From assembly GCF_009914755.1 (NCBI RefSeq), contig NC_060938.1: DNA of 64,000 nt. The stretch is one strand, 5' to 3'. The notes below the pieces were generated by a model, which saw nothing but the letters and a program-made list of their open reading frames with translations, did no database searches and had not been told where the DNA came from. Positions 1-27,038 of the stretch are shown here, piece by piece. The stretch comes from the human T2T-CHM13v2.0 reference genome, Homo sapiens. Both the position numbers and the translations under genes were made by a program. The first letter of the stretch is position 1. Each line of letters starts with the position of its first letter.

Positions 1-57
1 TCATGCCTGTAATCCCAACACTCTGGGAGGCCAAAGCAGGTGGATCACCTGAGGTCA

Positions 58-3190
<3,133 letters not shown>

Positions 3191-3549
3191 TGAGGCAGGA
3201 AAATAGGGTCTGGAGGCAGAGAACATCAGGCCGATTCACACTTCAGCTATAACAGGAAATATCCTCTCCAGAGGGTGTAGGCCAAGTAAATGACTTTGTA
3301 ACTTTACTTCATCCTCTCCATTTACATAGGGCATACCCCAAGTAACCAATGGAATCCTCTAGAGGATATTTAAACTCGCCAAAATTCTGTAACCGGGCCT
3401 TTGAGCCCCTATGTTCAGGCCCACTTCCATACTATGGAGTGTACTTTCATTTTCAATAAAACCCTTCATTCCTTCCTCGCTTTGTTTGTGCGTTTTGACC
3501 AATTCTTTGTTCAAGATGCCAAGAACCAGGATACCCTCCACCATTAACA
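3191..3549 (+). mobile_element. 3' LTR, MER51A-like (ERV1), antisense to SPTSSA
   Basis: TGAGGCAGGAAAATAGGGTCTGGAGGCAG start and ...ATTAACA end. CCAAT, TATTTAAA and AATAAA (3455) in LTR order; preceded by a PPT. Confidence 0.8.
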
Positions 3550-3609
3550 CCAAGAATATGAGACCAGCCTGGGCAACATGGCAAAACCTCATTTTTTACA
3601 AAAAAATTA

Positions 3610-3756
<147 letters not shown>

Positions 3757-3855
3757 CTATCTAAAAAGATAAAAAGTTTTTTAAAAAATAATAAATTAGC
3801 TATACAGGGACACAGTAAGTGAACAAGCACATAACAGGACAGTGAGGAACTTCTA

Positions 3856-3993
<138 letters not shown>

Positions 3994-4248
3994 CTACAAA
4001 AACAAACAATTAGCCAGGCATGGTGATATATGCCTGTAGTCCCAGATACTCGGGAGGATGAAGCAGGAATATCACTTGAGCCCAGAAAGCAGAGGTTGCT
4101 GTGAGTTGAAATAACACTACTGCACTCTAGCCTGGATGACTGAGTGATACCCTGTCTTGAAAAAAAAACAAAAATTTTAATTTCTAGATCACCTGACCTG
4201 GTGATCCACCCACCTCGGCCTCCCAAAGTGCTGGGATTACAGGCGTGA

Positions 4249-4641
<393 letters not shown>

Positions 4642-6210
4642 TAATTTGCTATCTGGTATAGATTTCTCAATCCATCTCATTCTGTAACAAGCCTCTCAAA
4701 ATTTAAAGTACCCTTGACACACTGTGAGTTTTAAGAAATGGGTAGGAGAAACAGTACAGCACTGTAGGAGACCCAGGTTTGAGTCATAACTCTGCCATCC
4801 CTGTTTGTGTCAAAAGCTCTCTAACACTAGTCTCCTTATCAATAAAATGTGGACACACATCACCTATCTTTCAGGGTTGTGAGAATTCAGAATCGAACCT
4901 ATTCTGCAAGAGAAGGCAATGTAATCCTCATTAAAACTGTTCTTTGAGGGTTTGAGCATTTAACATCATGACTGTCTATGTTTGCCCAAGTTCATCCTGC
5001 TACTAATTTGTTATTAATTTACAGTGTAATCCTGGGATGACACAACCTCTCTGGACCTGAGTTTCTTCATAAAATGAGGTCCTTTCTTTCATTAACATTT
5101 TAGGATCCCACTTGTTTGAAGAGGACGTTTCAGTACCACCTGTCAATCGTCCATAAAGCAATCTTCTGTTTCACATGTACACAAAGAAAAAATGTAAAAA
5201 TTAATCCGTTTTATGCAATACACATATATTGGAAGGTAATATACAAAGTAATGGAGTAATCTTTCTATTTACCGAACTCTTCTTGTTGTTTGCATAAGTG
5301 CCAGTAGCTGTATACAAATTAATCAGGTCTATATTCTAGAGGGGGTTCCATGACTCAAGCAATAGAGAACAAAGTGCAATCTAGAATACAACCTCAAAAA
5401 CTAAAAAATGGGCTGTTCTGTTTTGTGTTTATAACTTGTCTCTAAACACTGACTTTTAAGTGTTTGACAGAGCACCCCTACTGAGCCTTTGCTTCCAGCC
5501 ATAGTACATTGCTTGGTAAAGCAGTTGCTTCATGAACCATCCCAGAATTGAGCAAATAATGTGACAGGATACTGTGCAGGTGCTGAAGATAAATGTTTGT
5601 TCAAGGGCTGAATGAACAATCAGAGGTTATTCATAACCTGGGCATAACATAAATATTTTATGGGTTCCATGGACATAAAAGCAAGTAGATGTGAAGCCAT
5701 ATATAGAATCTGTATGTTGTTTTCTCTTTCTTTAAGAGGAATCTCCTAAACATAAGCTAAGTTTCCAGCAAGCTAGGAAAGAAATAAAGATTTTTTTTTT
5801 TTTTGGCCCATAAAAAGACCATTATCAGCAACTTAAAAAAAAAAAGTCCTATAATAAAGAGAGGAAATGCTTTACATATAAATACAGTACATTAGAAACA
5901 AAACCATAGCAACTAACATTTCCTGTTCCAATCAGTAACTCTAAACTATCATCACCCACTTTAGTAATCTAATCACAAGACTTTGGAAAACTTAAAGGTA
6001 GTTTCTCACCGGGAAAAGGTCATAGACCTTTGTTCCAGTGGGTATGACTTATACATCTTCACTAGTCTAAATAATTTCAATTATTTAAGTCACATTAAAT
6101 CACATTAAATGTGACTAAATGATATAGTCACATTAAAAAGCAAAGCTAAAACAACATTTAAAGCAATCCAATCCTATATTAATCAAATTTCTTTTGTAAA
6201 ATCAATTCTA

Positions 6211-6497
6211 GGCTGGGCGCGGTAGCTCACACCTGTAATCCCAGCACTTTGGGAGGCCGAGGCGGGTGGATCATGAGGTCAGGAGATCGAGACCGTCCTG
6301 GCTAACACGGTGAAACCCCGTCTCTACTAAAAATACAAAAAATTAGCCGGGCGCGGTGGCGGGTGCCTGTAGTCCCAGCTACTCCGGAGGCTGAGGCAGG
6401 AGAATGGCGTGAACCCGGGAGGCGGAGCTTGCAGTGAGATCGCGCCACTGCACTCCTGCCTGGGCGACAGAACGAGACTCTGTTTCAAAAAAAAAAA
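6211..6497 (+). mobile_element. AluY with TSD
   Basis: AluY diagnostics (GAGATCGAGACC.TCCTGGCTAACACGG, GAATGGCGTGAACC). TSD AAAATCAATTCTA on both sides. Confidence 0.9.
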
Positions 6498-6783
6498 AAA
6501 ATCAATTCTAAAATGCTATTTAACCTTAGAAATACTCAAGAGTTGTGATAAATCTAAGAAATCATCTTAATGAAAAAAGAAAACAAAGCATTTGACGAAG
6601 TATTATCATATGCTGTTTACTGAAAAGCAATCAAAGCCCTAAGTGAAAGCAGCTGCAGGCTACTGAATGAAGCCCCAAACAGGAAAGCTTCCTTATTACT
6701 GTAGTTTTCTTTTCCTTTGACCTCAAAAAACTGCAGATCATCACCAACAGAAATGTAAAGAAAGTGCCTAGCGTGGTGGCTCA

Positions 6784-7053
<270 letters not shown>

Positions 7054-7670
7054 CTATCTCTTGATACTTTTCCAGTTTTCTTACATTGAAACAAGTGGAA
7101 AATATTATACTGTCACAATATTATACTGTCACAGTCCTCTGTATGTTAACCAATTTGATATTCAAGGGTCATGTTAAAGGATAGCACATCACCATCAGAA
7201 ATTAGTGTTTAGCAAGCAAAATCCATTCTCTAAGCTTTCTATAGTGTGCTGATTATACAAACCTAAGTATGAAAATTGTTTTTAGAAACTACAACTTGAT
7301 GACAAGCTCTTTTAAAACTAAACAAACAACAAAGCATGCTGCTGAAATGAGTAATGATCACGGACTGAAAATTTTTCACTGTGGACTAAAATCCTGGAAA
7401 TGGTTTGTAGCTCTAATCCCAGAGACACTAAAGTTATAGTGTCTCTGGCACACCTTTATTGATTTGAGCTTCTATTACCCTCAGGAAGATTTGAAGTCCC
7501 AGTGTTATGGGGAAAAATTTCCCAGTCTGCTCTGAATTATAATCTGTTCTGCTACAGTACATGTTTCTGTAACATCAGATAACTCACATACGACTAGTAC
7601 AGTACAGGAGCTATATTCCTTCATATGGGATATTTCATCATTTAGGGGAGCAGATTAGTGGGAAAATAAT

Positions 7671-8017
7671 TAGGTGACCCTTGAAAACATGGGTTTGAAC
7701 TGTGCAGGTCTACTTATACATGGATTTTCTTCTGCCTCTGCCACCCCTGAAACAGCAAGACCAACCCCTCCTCCTCCTCCTTATGATTTTCTTCCCTCTA
7801 GCTTACGTTACTATAAGAATACAGTATATAATACATATAACATACAAAATATGTTAATCGACTGTTAATGTTATCAATAAGGCTCCAGTCAAAAGTAGAC
7901 TATTAGTAAAGTTTCTGGGGAGTCAAAAGTTGTACACAGATTTTCAACTGCCTGCAGGGTGAGGATGAGGGCCTGGGGGCAGTACTCCTAACCCCCAAGT
8001 GGATCAAGGGTCAACTG
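7671..8017 (+). mobile_element. Tigger2a-like DNA transposon (TcMar-Tigger)
   Basis: Degenerate TIRs ..GTGACCCTTGAA / TCAAGGGTCAACTG followed by TA. Internal CTGCCACCCCTGAAACAGCAAGACCAACCCCTCC. Confidence 0.75.
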
Positions 8018-8657
8018 TATCACCTTCTGCAGGAAACATCTCTCAACTCAGCTGCTATACAGGCAGAAGTCCTTTTAACTCTATTTTAAGAAAATCAGAA
8101 ATTCGCATTTGTACCCAGTCTCCCTCTTCAGAGAAAGGCACCTCCAGGGTAGCACAGCTCTCAGCCAATGTGGCAGGTGGCACTGGCCCTACACTGCCTC
8201 AATGGCAGCCCACACTGTCTGTATTACATCAGCACCTACTGCTGACATTTCCATTCAACTTTGTCCATGCTTTGTTCATGTCCCCTCGGGCAGCTTCCAG
8301 TGAAGCTGAGCTGCCTGCCTGTCTGGGACATCCAAGTTATTCCCTCAAGATGCCAAGTATTGTGTTTGTTAGTGCTTGCTTACTAAATTGCATACATTTT
8401 AAGTGGTCTGACTCAATAATATTTTCCTATAAACCATATTATTTTGCAGTTTTTCAGAAACATATATAATACATGCTGACCAAAACGCTTGTATTAGTAA
8501 AACTTCTATTTCTCATAACTATTGATCATAACTACTATTTTTTCAACATTCCAATTTATAAAAAGTATATATCCTCTATCAAGTACATCTTCTAGAACAC
8601 ATAGCTTAAATTACTAAATTTGAGCATTTGGGGTTTGTTGTTTTAAAAAAAAAAAGA

Positions 8658-14600
<5,943 letters not shown>

Positions 14601-16479
14601 TCAGGACTTCTAACTCAGAGACAAATTTTCAGACAGGCAGAGGCAAATTTCTCTAAATTTTAGGTTTCTAGGATTGATGATTAAGTTGAATGTAATGTTT
14701 AAGCTGTAGAAAGTATGCCTCTTTCCAAAAGCCTGTAGCTGGCCACAGATTAGTTCTGGGTGAAGCTTACTAATCATTAATGGATTTATGAAATTCAAAC
14801 TACTTCAGAGTAAGCCTCCTGACAAGTAGGGAAAAAAATTCAGTTTTCTCATTCAGTTCTTTCCACCAAGCTAAAATGAGGATTCAATCTCAAATTGATG
14901 TTCCAAACTATCAGATAGTTTTAAATGATTCTAGAAGTTGAAGTGGAAAAATATAAATACAACAGCTGATAGTAATTCAAGACTGGCTTATGTCAAACAA
15001 TTGCATTTCTAACCTGAGTTAATTCAATAACGTGAAATTTGAAATAAGATTTTTTTATCTTAAGTTTAAAATCATAAGGTTCTATAATATTGGATGTCAG
15101 TTGGTTGCAGTTCTCACCTATTTGAAAAAAAAATTGAAACTACTTGTCGCTAAACCATGGTAACTCAAAAACATTAAAGGCAAATATCTACTAAGGCACT
15201 ATATTTCATTTCATAATTTATTTCTCCATCCCCCAAAAAAGGCATCACCTAGTTATTTATAGGACACTATCACTATTGCAACATAACAGAAAAATCTTAA
15301 CATCATTGATAACTGTAGCATTTTAGTGTGTAAAATCTATATTAGATTTTAGGTGTCAAATCTATACTAGATTCTAATAGTGCACTCTACATTCAACCTC
15401 TGATTTAAAGAGTTTCATTTTAACCCAGCATTGTTTAAATTAATTTTAGGATGTGTTATGTCAGTCAAGATATACTTGCTTCTACTGAGAGACTTCTATT
15501 AAATATGCATTCAAGTATATATTTTACAAGGCATGACCTTGCGAGCCCTAAAGAGTGAGACTAAACTGCAGCTACAAATAAATGGTGCAGGAAATCAAAG
15601 CAAACTATATTCAGAGTCTAAATCCAAAATATGCATTCTGGTTCTTAAATTCCAGGTTTGGAAAGAAATGCCAACAGTAATAAATAAATAAACTGCTTTG
15701 AAAGCATCTCAAATTCCTCAAAAGTGCTTAAACAAAAGACTCAGCTTTGAGTACAACCTTAAGCTATCTCAAAACAAATAAACACACTTGATAAGGCTTA
15801 GAATGAAATTACCTCAGTCACTCACTGGAATGCAACAATGCATTCGCAAAGTTATTCTGAAGTAAGCTACTCCAACTAAACCACACTGAAAAGGAGAGAA
15901 CGTGGATAAACTAAACATGTTTTGTGAAATACCTGTTTTGTATTGGCCTGAGTTTTTTAAAAGTTACATCTCATTCATTATCAGTATTTAATCTGCAAGA
16001 ATATCATCAAAGGATGTCAATATGGACAAGCAGAGACAAGAAACATCAGACTTTCAGGGAGCCTATCTTCACAACCCTGAGTTATTAATTGAAGTTCTCA
16101 AAGTTAGATGAGTTAAGATACAGACAACGTGCTTTGCACAAATGCATTGCTTATAGTAACCACTCAATAGTCATTAACAAGAATTTATTAACTATCCACC
16201 AAAACACAGTTTCAAACCCTACCGACAACTAACCACAAATTGCACCACTTTTCGGGCCGACTTCTACGGACGGTGCACAGAAGCAATAAATACACTTTTA
16301 AAACTCCCCAACTTGAAGACCAAAAAGATACAATAACTTAAACTGCTTTCAAAAACTACTGGAGTGTCATGCCTACAAATTCAGAACCTGGCTTAAAAGC
16401 TAGTTAACTGATTAGAATTCTTGGTAGACCCAAAGCCAACTAAATCAGGAACACTTAAAGGTCAAAGGCGTCCAAGCCG

Positions 16480-17420
16480 GGAGCGATGTGCTCCACTGTT
16501 ACATGATCCCCGCCTCCTACAGGAACAGGGGACTGAACCAAAGGCAGTTGCGGCCGAAGTGCAGGCGACACACAGGGTTACACATCACCTTCGGAGATTT
16601 CCTCCAGGAATCAAGACGCTTCCCCCTTGGGTCCAGCGACTCACAGGTGACCCCGGATCTCAAGAGTTCTCGTCTCCCCCACCCCCCACTTAACCCCGCG
16701 AGCGCCGCCCTCGGCCCCCAGACCTCCCCCTGCACCCCCGGCTTCCGCGCACAGGACCGGCGGGGCCGCCGCTCCAGCCTCCACCCCAGGCCCGGGGCCT
16801 GGGGAAATGCGGCCCCGCGGCCCGCGCCCCCAGCCCGGCCCCCGCGCGCGCGGCCGGGACAGGATACTGAACACCGTCCGCTCCCAGGGCTCCAGCATGT
16901 AGAGCGCCGTGACCAGCAGGTACTGGTAGTAGAACCAGGACATCTGCTTCCAGGCCCGCGCCAGCGCCATCCCCGCCATGCGCCTCCCGCGATGCAGCTC
17001 ACACGTCAGTCTGTCCGGCCGGCCGCCCGCTCACGTCCTAAAGCCCCCGGCCGCCAGGCCCGCCCGCCCGCCACCCAGCGCCCATTGGCCCGCCCGGCCC
17101 CGCCGTCACCCGCGGCACGCCCAGACCCGCGCGCGCCCCGGCCGCCGGCCCCCAGCCCCGCCCGACCCGCGCTCATTGGCCAGGCCGCTACCTCGCGTCG
17201 CGTCGTCCCCTCCCGTTTCCCCGCCCGGGCATCGCCCACGCTAGCCGGAGAACGGTCCCCGCGAGAGCGCCCAGCCGCGCCCCACCCCGCCCGGGCCGGC
17301 CGGTGGTGGGCGGGGCGTCAGTGCCGGCCGGGGTCCCGGGGCCCCCGCAGCCCAGCGGGCGCTCGGTCCGTCCAGACTGGCCCAGAGCGCTTGCGGAAGA
17401 AATATTTCTGGAACACTTGT
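16480..17420. promoter_or_regulatory. CpG island / TATA-less SPTSSA promoter with two CCAAT boxes, GC boxes and a TGACGTG element
   Basis: Very high GC and CpG content. ATTGG at 17084-17088 and 17175-17179 (CCAAT on the gene strand), multiple CCGCCC boxes, CACGTCA at 17002-17008. Confidence 0.9.
16868..16979 (-). CDS. SPTSSA: SPTSSA coding exon 1 (codons 1-37 plus 1 nt) of serine palmitoyltransferase small subunit A; exon 2 lies outside the window to the left
   Basis: Translation MAGMALARAWKQMSWFYYQYLLVTALYMLEPWERTVF matches the recognised ssSPTa N-terminus. Homology ends at TTC A|GTATCC (next known residue N, phase-1 intron). The exon sits in a CpG island. Confidence 0.97.
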
Positions 17421-17665
17421 TATGCCTCAGGCATCCTTCTGAGAAGGAGGATTGCCAGGGAGAACCGGAATGCCTTCGGTTCCTTACCTTGTGCAGCTGG
17501 CGGCCTAGCTGGGAGACAAGCATTAATCAAGTCGTGATCCGTGTAAGAGGAGATAAGGGGCTGAGAGAGGGTGAGGAGGCGAACGCCACCTAATAAGGAG
17601 GTCTGGAAAGGCGTCCTTGTAGAAGGGATGCACATTCGGCCTCCTTCCTCCCTTCCCCCACCCAT

Positions 17666-17666
<1 letters not shown>

Positions 17667-17701
<35 letters not shown>
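17667..17701 (+). repeat. (CA)n microsatellite ~0.7 kb upstream of SPTSSA ATG
   Basis: Uninterrupted CACA run. Confidence 0.97.
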
Positions 17702-17705
<4 letters not shown>

Positions 17706-18164
17706 ACGGACATAACCCATGCACTCCCTAACCCAGAGACCACTTACCAAAAACATCTATCTGCCCACCTCTTAGTGGCTGTAGGTAACCACCAAGTGGG
17801 TCAAGGCCAGAAGCGCGCTGATCTAGTGGGTTCTGCAGATGACAGGCAGCTTGAGATTGGTGTGAGGGCTGGTGATACTTCCCTAGAGATGCACTCCTGG
17901 ATGCCCAGATTTTCCCACTGCCAGATGGGCCAGCAACATTGCACTGGCCACAAGGAGCTCCATGCACTGGTGTAGCATGTGAACTGCCACAATTAAATGG
18001 CCTGCTGTTTAAATGTTAAAAGTCTTCCAGGTTAAACATACTACTGCTTAAACTTTAAAAGTTTCATGGTTAATAACTATTCATTAAAAGTACCAAGTGC
18101 CGGCCAAGCGCCGTAGCTCATGCCTGTAATCCAAGCACTTTGGGAGGCTGAGGCTGGCGGATCA

Positions 18165-18374
<210 letters not shown>

Positions 18375-18469
18375 TTAGGTGGCAGAGCAAAAGAAAGGAA
18401 AGAAAGGAGACAGAGAAAGAGAGGAGAAAACAGAAGAGAAGAGAAGAAAAGAAAGAAAACAGTAAGTAA

Positions 18470-21230
<2,761 letters not shown>

Positions 21231-21974
21231 AAGCCCAGTGGCACATGGTTTTGGTTAGGAGGCAGTACTGGAGAGCAAGAAGAAAGCCAATCCCGCCCCA
21301 CCCCCAGTCCCACCCCCAGCTCTCTGGTAGGAGGACTTAGGTCATATCCTCAGGGGAAAAGAAAGAGGTAGAGTGTTCCCAAAGAGGGTGACAGTAGAGG
21401 AGTCTTTGTTTATACAGGAAAGTGAAGTCGGGGGCAAGAGAGAGAGGGTTGGCAAGAAGGGTTCTGTTGCAGGGATGTGCCTGGAAGATGGAAATACCAG
21501 GGCAGAATGGGAAGACAGAACATTGGTACCTTAGCAACATAGTGCTGATGGCAAAGTGGGCCAGGCTGACCTCAACATCTGACTTACAGCAGCATCAGGA
21601 CAGACACCAGCAGGCCCCAAGTGGTTTCCAGGACTATGGGGCAACCACTGATTGCTGTCTAATCAGCAAACCAGGACCTTGACTCACTTTCAGTCTTTCA
21701 AATACATGTTAGTAAGAAGTCATTTTGTGCGTTAGCAAAGCTCAGCCCTGAGGTAGCAGGTGAGGCAGGTGATGGAAGCAACAAATAGCCCATGAACACT
21801 GCCCAACCTCAGGCGCTCTGCCCAGAGAGGAGAAGGGGCATAGGAAAGCATGTCAGCCCAGGGCTTCCAACCTGTTCAAAGCAGAGCCCTGGGTCAAAGC
21901 TACTGGCATAATTAGGTCTGAGTTGGGTATGCAAAAAATAAAATAAAAAAATAGAATGCCAACTGCAACAACTT

Positions 21975-21976
<2 letters not shown>

Positions 21977-22012
<36 letters not shown>
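21977..22012 (+). repeat. (CA)n microsatellite
   Basis: Uninterrupted CACA run. Confidence 0.97.
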
Positions 22013-22016
<4 letters not shown>

Positions 22017-22148
22017 CCACATAGTTGTATTCATAAATAAGGTCAGTGCCTAGCTGAAATCTAATAAATAGACCTTAATTCGACCAGCATTTATTAAGGA
22101 TCTAGTTACTATATATTTTCAGAATTGTGTGAAAATGCACAGTTTTTA

Positions 22149-22502
<354 letters not shown>

Positions 22503-23181
22503 CTACAAGAAACATTTGCTAAATATCTAGCATTTTTTTCCAGGACAGTTTCACAGCCTCTCTTCTTAAACTGCCCAATTCTATCCAATTCTCTCTTACT
22601 CTGCACTCAGTGGGCAGCCTCCCTCCTGCTCTGCCTCTCTTGTGCTCTCCCAATGCTCTGAGATCCTCCAAACATCCTTTACAAGCCCTCCCCTTCCTCA
22701 CAACCATCACCACCCTACACTTACCACCGCACATTTTCTCCCAGCCTCATGAGAGTTATCTCTAATCTGTAAAGCTATGCCCTCCTCTTGGACTTTGTCA
22801 CTTTCTGTCACAGATCAAGAGTCTCCTCTCTCTCCTCTTCCACTTTCCTGCACCTAATCTTTCTGCCCTTTTTGAACTAATTCTCCCCACTTCGCTGGTC
22901 CAAATCCTTTTTTGGAATGAGAGTTACAAAATTACATTAAGCTATCTTTTCTTTGGCTGTGAAGTACCTGCAGTTGTGGTGATACCTATAGCCACCATTC
23001 CTCTCGTTGGGTACCTTAAGACCTAGTCCAACCACCCCTCCAAAACATACAAAATCTGGGTTCTCTCTCTACCCCCTACTAAAACAATTTCCTCAAGTTT
23101 ACCAAAACTTCCTTCAAGCCAAATTCAATGAAGTTTAATCATCTTCTTACTCAACCTCTCTGCAGCATTTCACACTACTGA

Positions 23182-23328
<147 letters not shown>

Positions 23329-23331
23329 TAG

Positions 23332-23661
<330 letters not shown>

Positions 23662-24526
23662 TCATGCCTGCTTCCTCAGGTGGCTCAGCCCTCCCTTTGG
23701 ATCCCAAATAGCACTTCAGGTCTTTATTCTACCTGCTGGCAGGATGTATTTAAATATAATTAAAATGATAACGATTATCACTAACACATTACAATCATCT
23801 GGTCCTTCCTAGTTTACAGAGTGCTTTCATTATCTCATTTCATCAGAGCAAGTACGGCTCCTATTTAATAATGGACACTGAAGTTCAAGGACACAAACTA
23901 ATCTTGCACCACAAACTAACTTTTCTTTCCACCTTTCTCATTCCTGTTTATGACAGAAAGAACCTTGATTTTCAGGCCAGAAATGGCATACCAGTTTTAC
24001 ATCCCTTTTCCTCCCCCCACCCCTTGTTTCTGTCCCTGGGTGACAACGAGTCATTCCTCCAAGTGTCTCAGGTCTGCCTCCTTTGTTAGGATATGTCCCC
24101 ATACAACCTCACTCTCAAGTGCGTGAGCTGACTATTGTCGCCCAAACGTGGCTTACCTGCTGCCGCTGGCTATCCCTGTTTATTAACCGTGGATCATCTC
24201 GTACTTTCAGATCCAAGAAAATTTCTATACTAAAAGTATTTCCAACCTATGAGAAAAAAAATGACAGGTTTTCAGAAAACTATTTCATGTTGTCTGTATC
24301 CTGAAAGTTTTCACTTGTCTTTTCAGTTCCAATTACCTGGTAGTTCCACCAACCCCTTCACTTACTGCCCACTGCCTTGTGCCCACAATACAGTGGCTGA
24401 GCCAGTGCCAAGTTACAGAAAGACCAGTGTCACATGACCTCTGCTCTCAGAGAGTCTATGGTCTAAAAAGAAATACGTTCATATGGCCTATGGAAACGAT
24501 GATGTAATTAAGTTTAAGACTGTACT

Positions 24527-25180
<654 letters not shown>

Positions 25181-25959
25181 GTGTAAAGGGCCTACCTTTG
25201 CCAGGGGCTGTGGGAGTGATAGGGCAGGTAGCACAGAGCCAGCCCTTGAGGAGTTCATGGCCCTGTGTAGGAGACATGTGCACACAGGAAGACCACAAAA
25301 TATGGGAATCCCCCTGCCTGCTAGGTTTTCATGATATTCCTAGACTGACAGCCACAGTAACCTCTGGGTTCTAGACCTGAGTCCCTCCTGCTGGGACACA
25401 GCTGAGCTATTCCAGGAGCACTGAGGGAACTGTTTGTGGGGGAATGAGAAAGAAAAGGAGGAGATGAAAAGCCAGAGGGTTCCAGGGCCAGCAGATGGAA
25501 AAGCAGGGGTGACATTTGGTTCCCAGGGCAGAAAAAGTGCTGATCTGGTCGCTCGATATAGGGAGGAAAAAGATCAAGCAAGGCTAGTAAATTCGAGTAT
25601 AAACGAAAGAAAACCCTCAAGATATATTACACAATGTCTCAAAACACAGTAAAAGGTTGCTAAAACTTTTATGCATTTTTTATTATAGCAAATACTGAAA
25701 GGCACAAATGAAAATAAACAGAACTACTATCAACATTTCATCTATATGTATTTTATTCAAATAGGCTCTCATTGTGGAATAAGAAGAGTTTAGCAAATGC
25801 ATGTGCCTCAAAATGGAACAGAATCATCCAGGCTTGGTCTCATGCCTATAATCCCAGCATTTTGGAAGGCCGAGGCAGGTGGATCACTTGAGCTCAGGAG
25901 TCCGAGACCAGCCTGGCCAACATGGTGAAACCCCATCTCTACTAAAAATACAAAAATTA

Positions 25960-26121
<162 letters not shown>

Positions 26122-26184
26122 TCACGCCTATAATCCCAGCACTTTGGGACACCGAGGTGGGCAAATCACAAGGTCAGGAGTTCA

Positions 26185-26759
<575 letters not shown>

Positions 26760-26822
26760 TCAGCAATTTTCTGTGTAAACACATTGAACTATGGCTAAAT
26801 ATGGTAATTTCATTCAAGATAA

Positions 26823-27038
<216 letters not shown>

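Noticed and set aside
7101-7132. Exact 16-bp tandem duplication AATATTATACTGTCAC x2
   Set aside because: Ordinary slippage-type indel with no further structure.
7999-8469. 156-aa ORF in unique intronic DNA
   Set aside because: GTG start inside a Tigger end, antisense to SPTSSA, no recognisable homology or exon structure.
16641-16979. 112-aa ORF as the full SPTSSA protein
   Set aside because: Only the first 37 residues match; the rest is intron read-through past the donor at 16867.
16488-17537. 349-aa plus-strand ORF (and other overlapping ORFs) across the CpG island
   Set aside because: Pro/Arg/Ala-rich, antisense to SPTSSA exon 1, GTG start; explained by stop-codon scarcity in GC-rich DNA; no recognisable domain.
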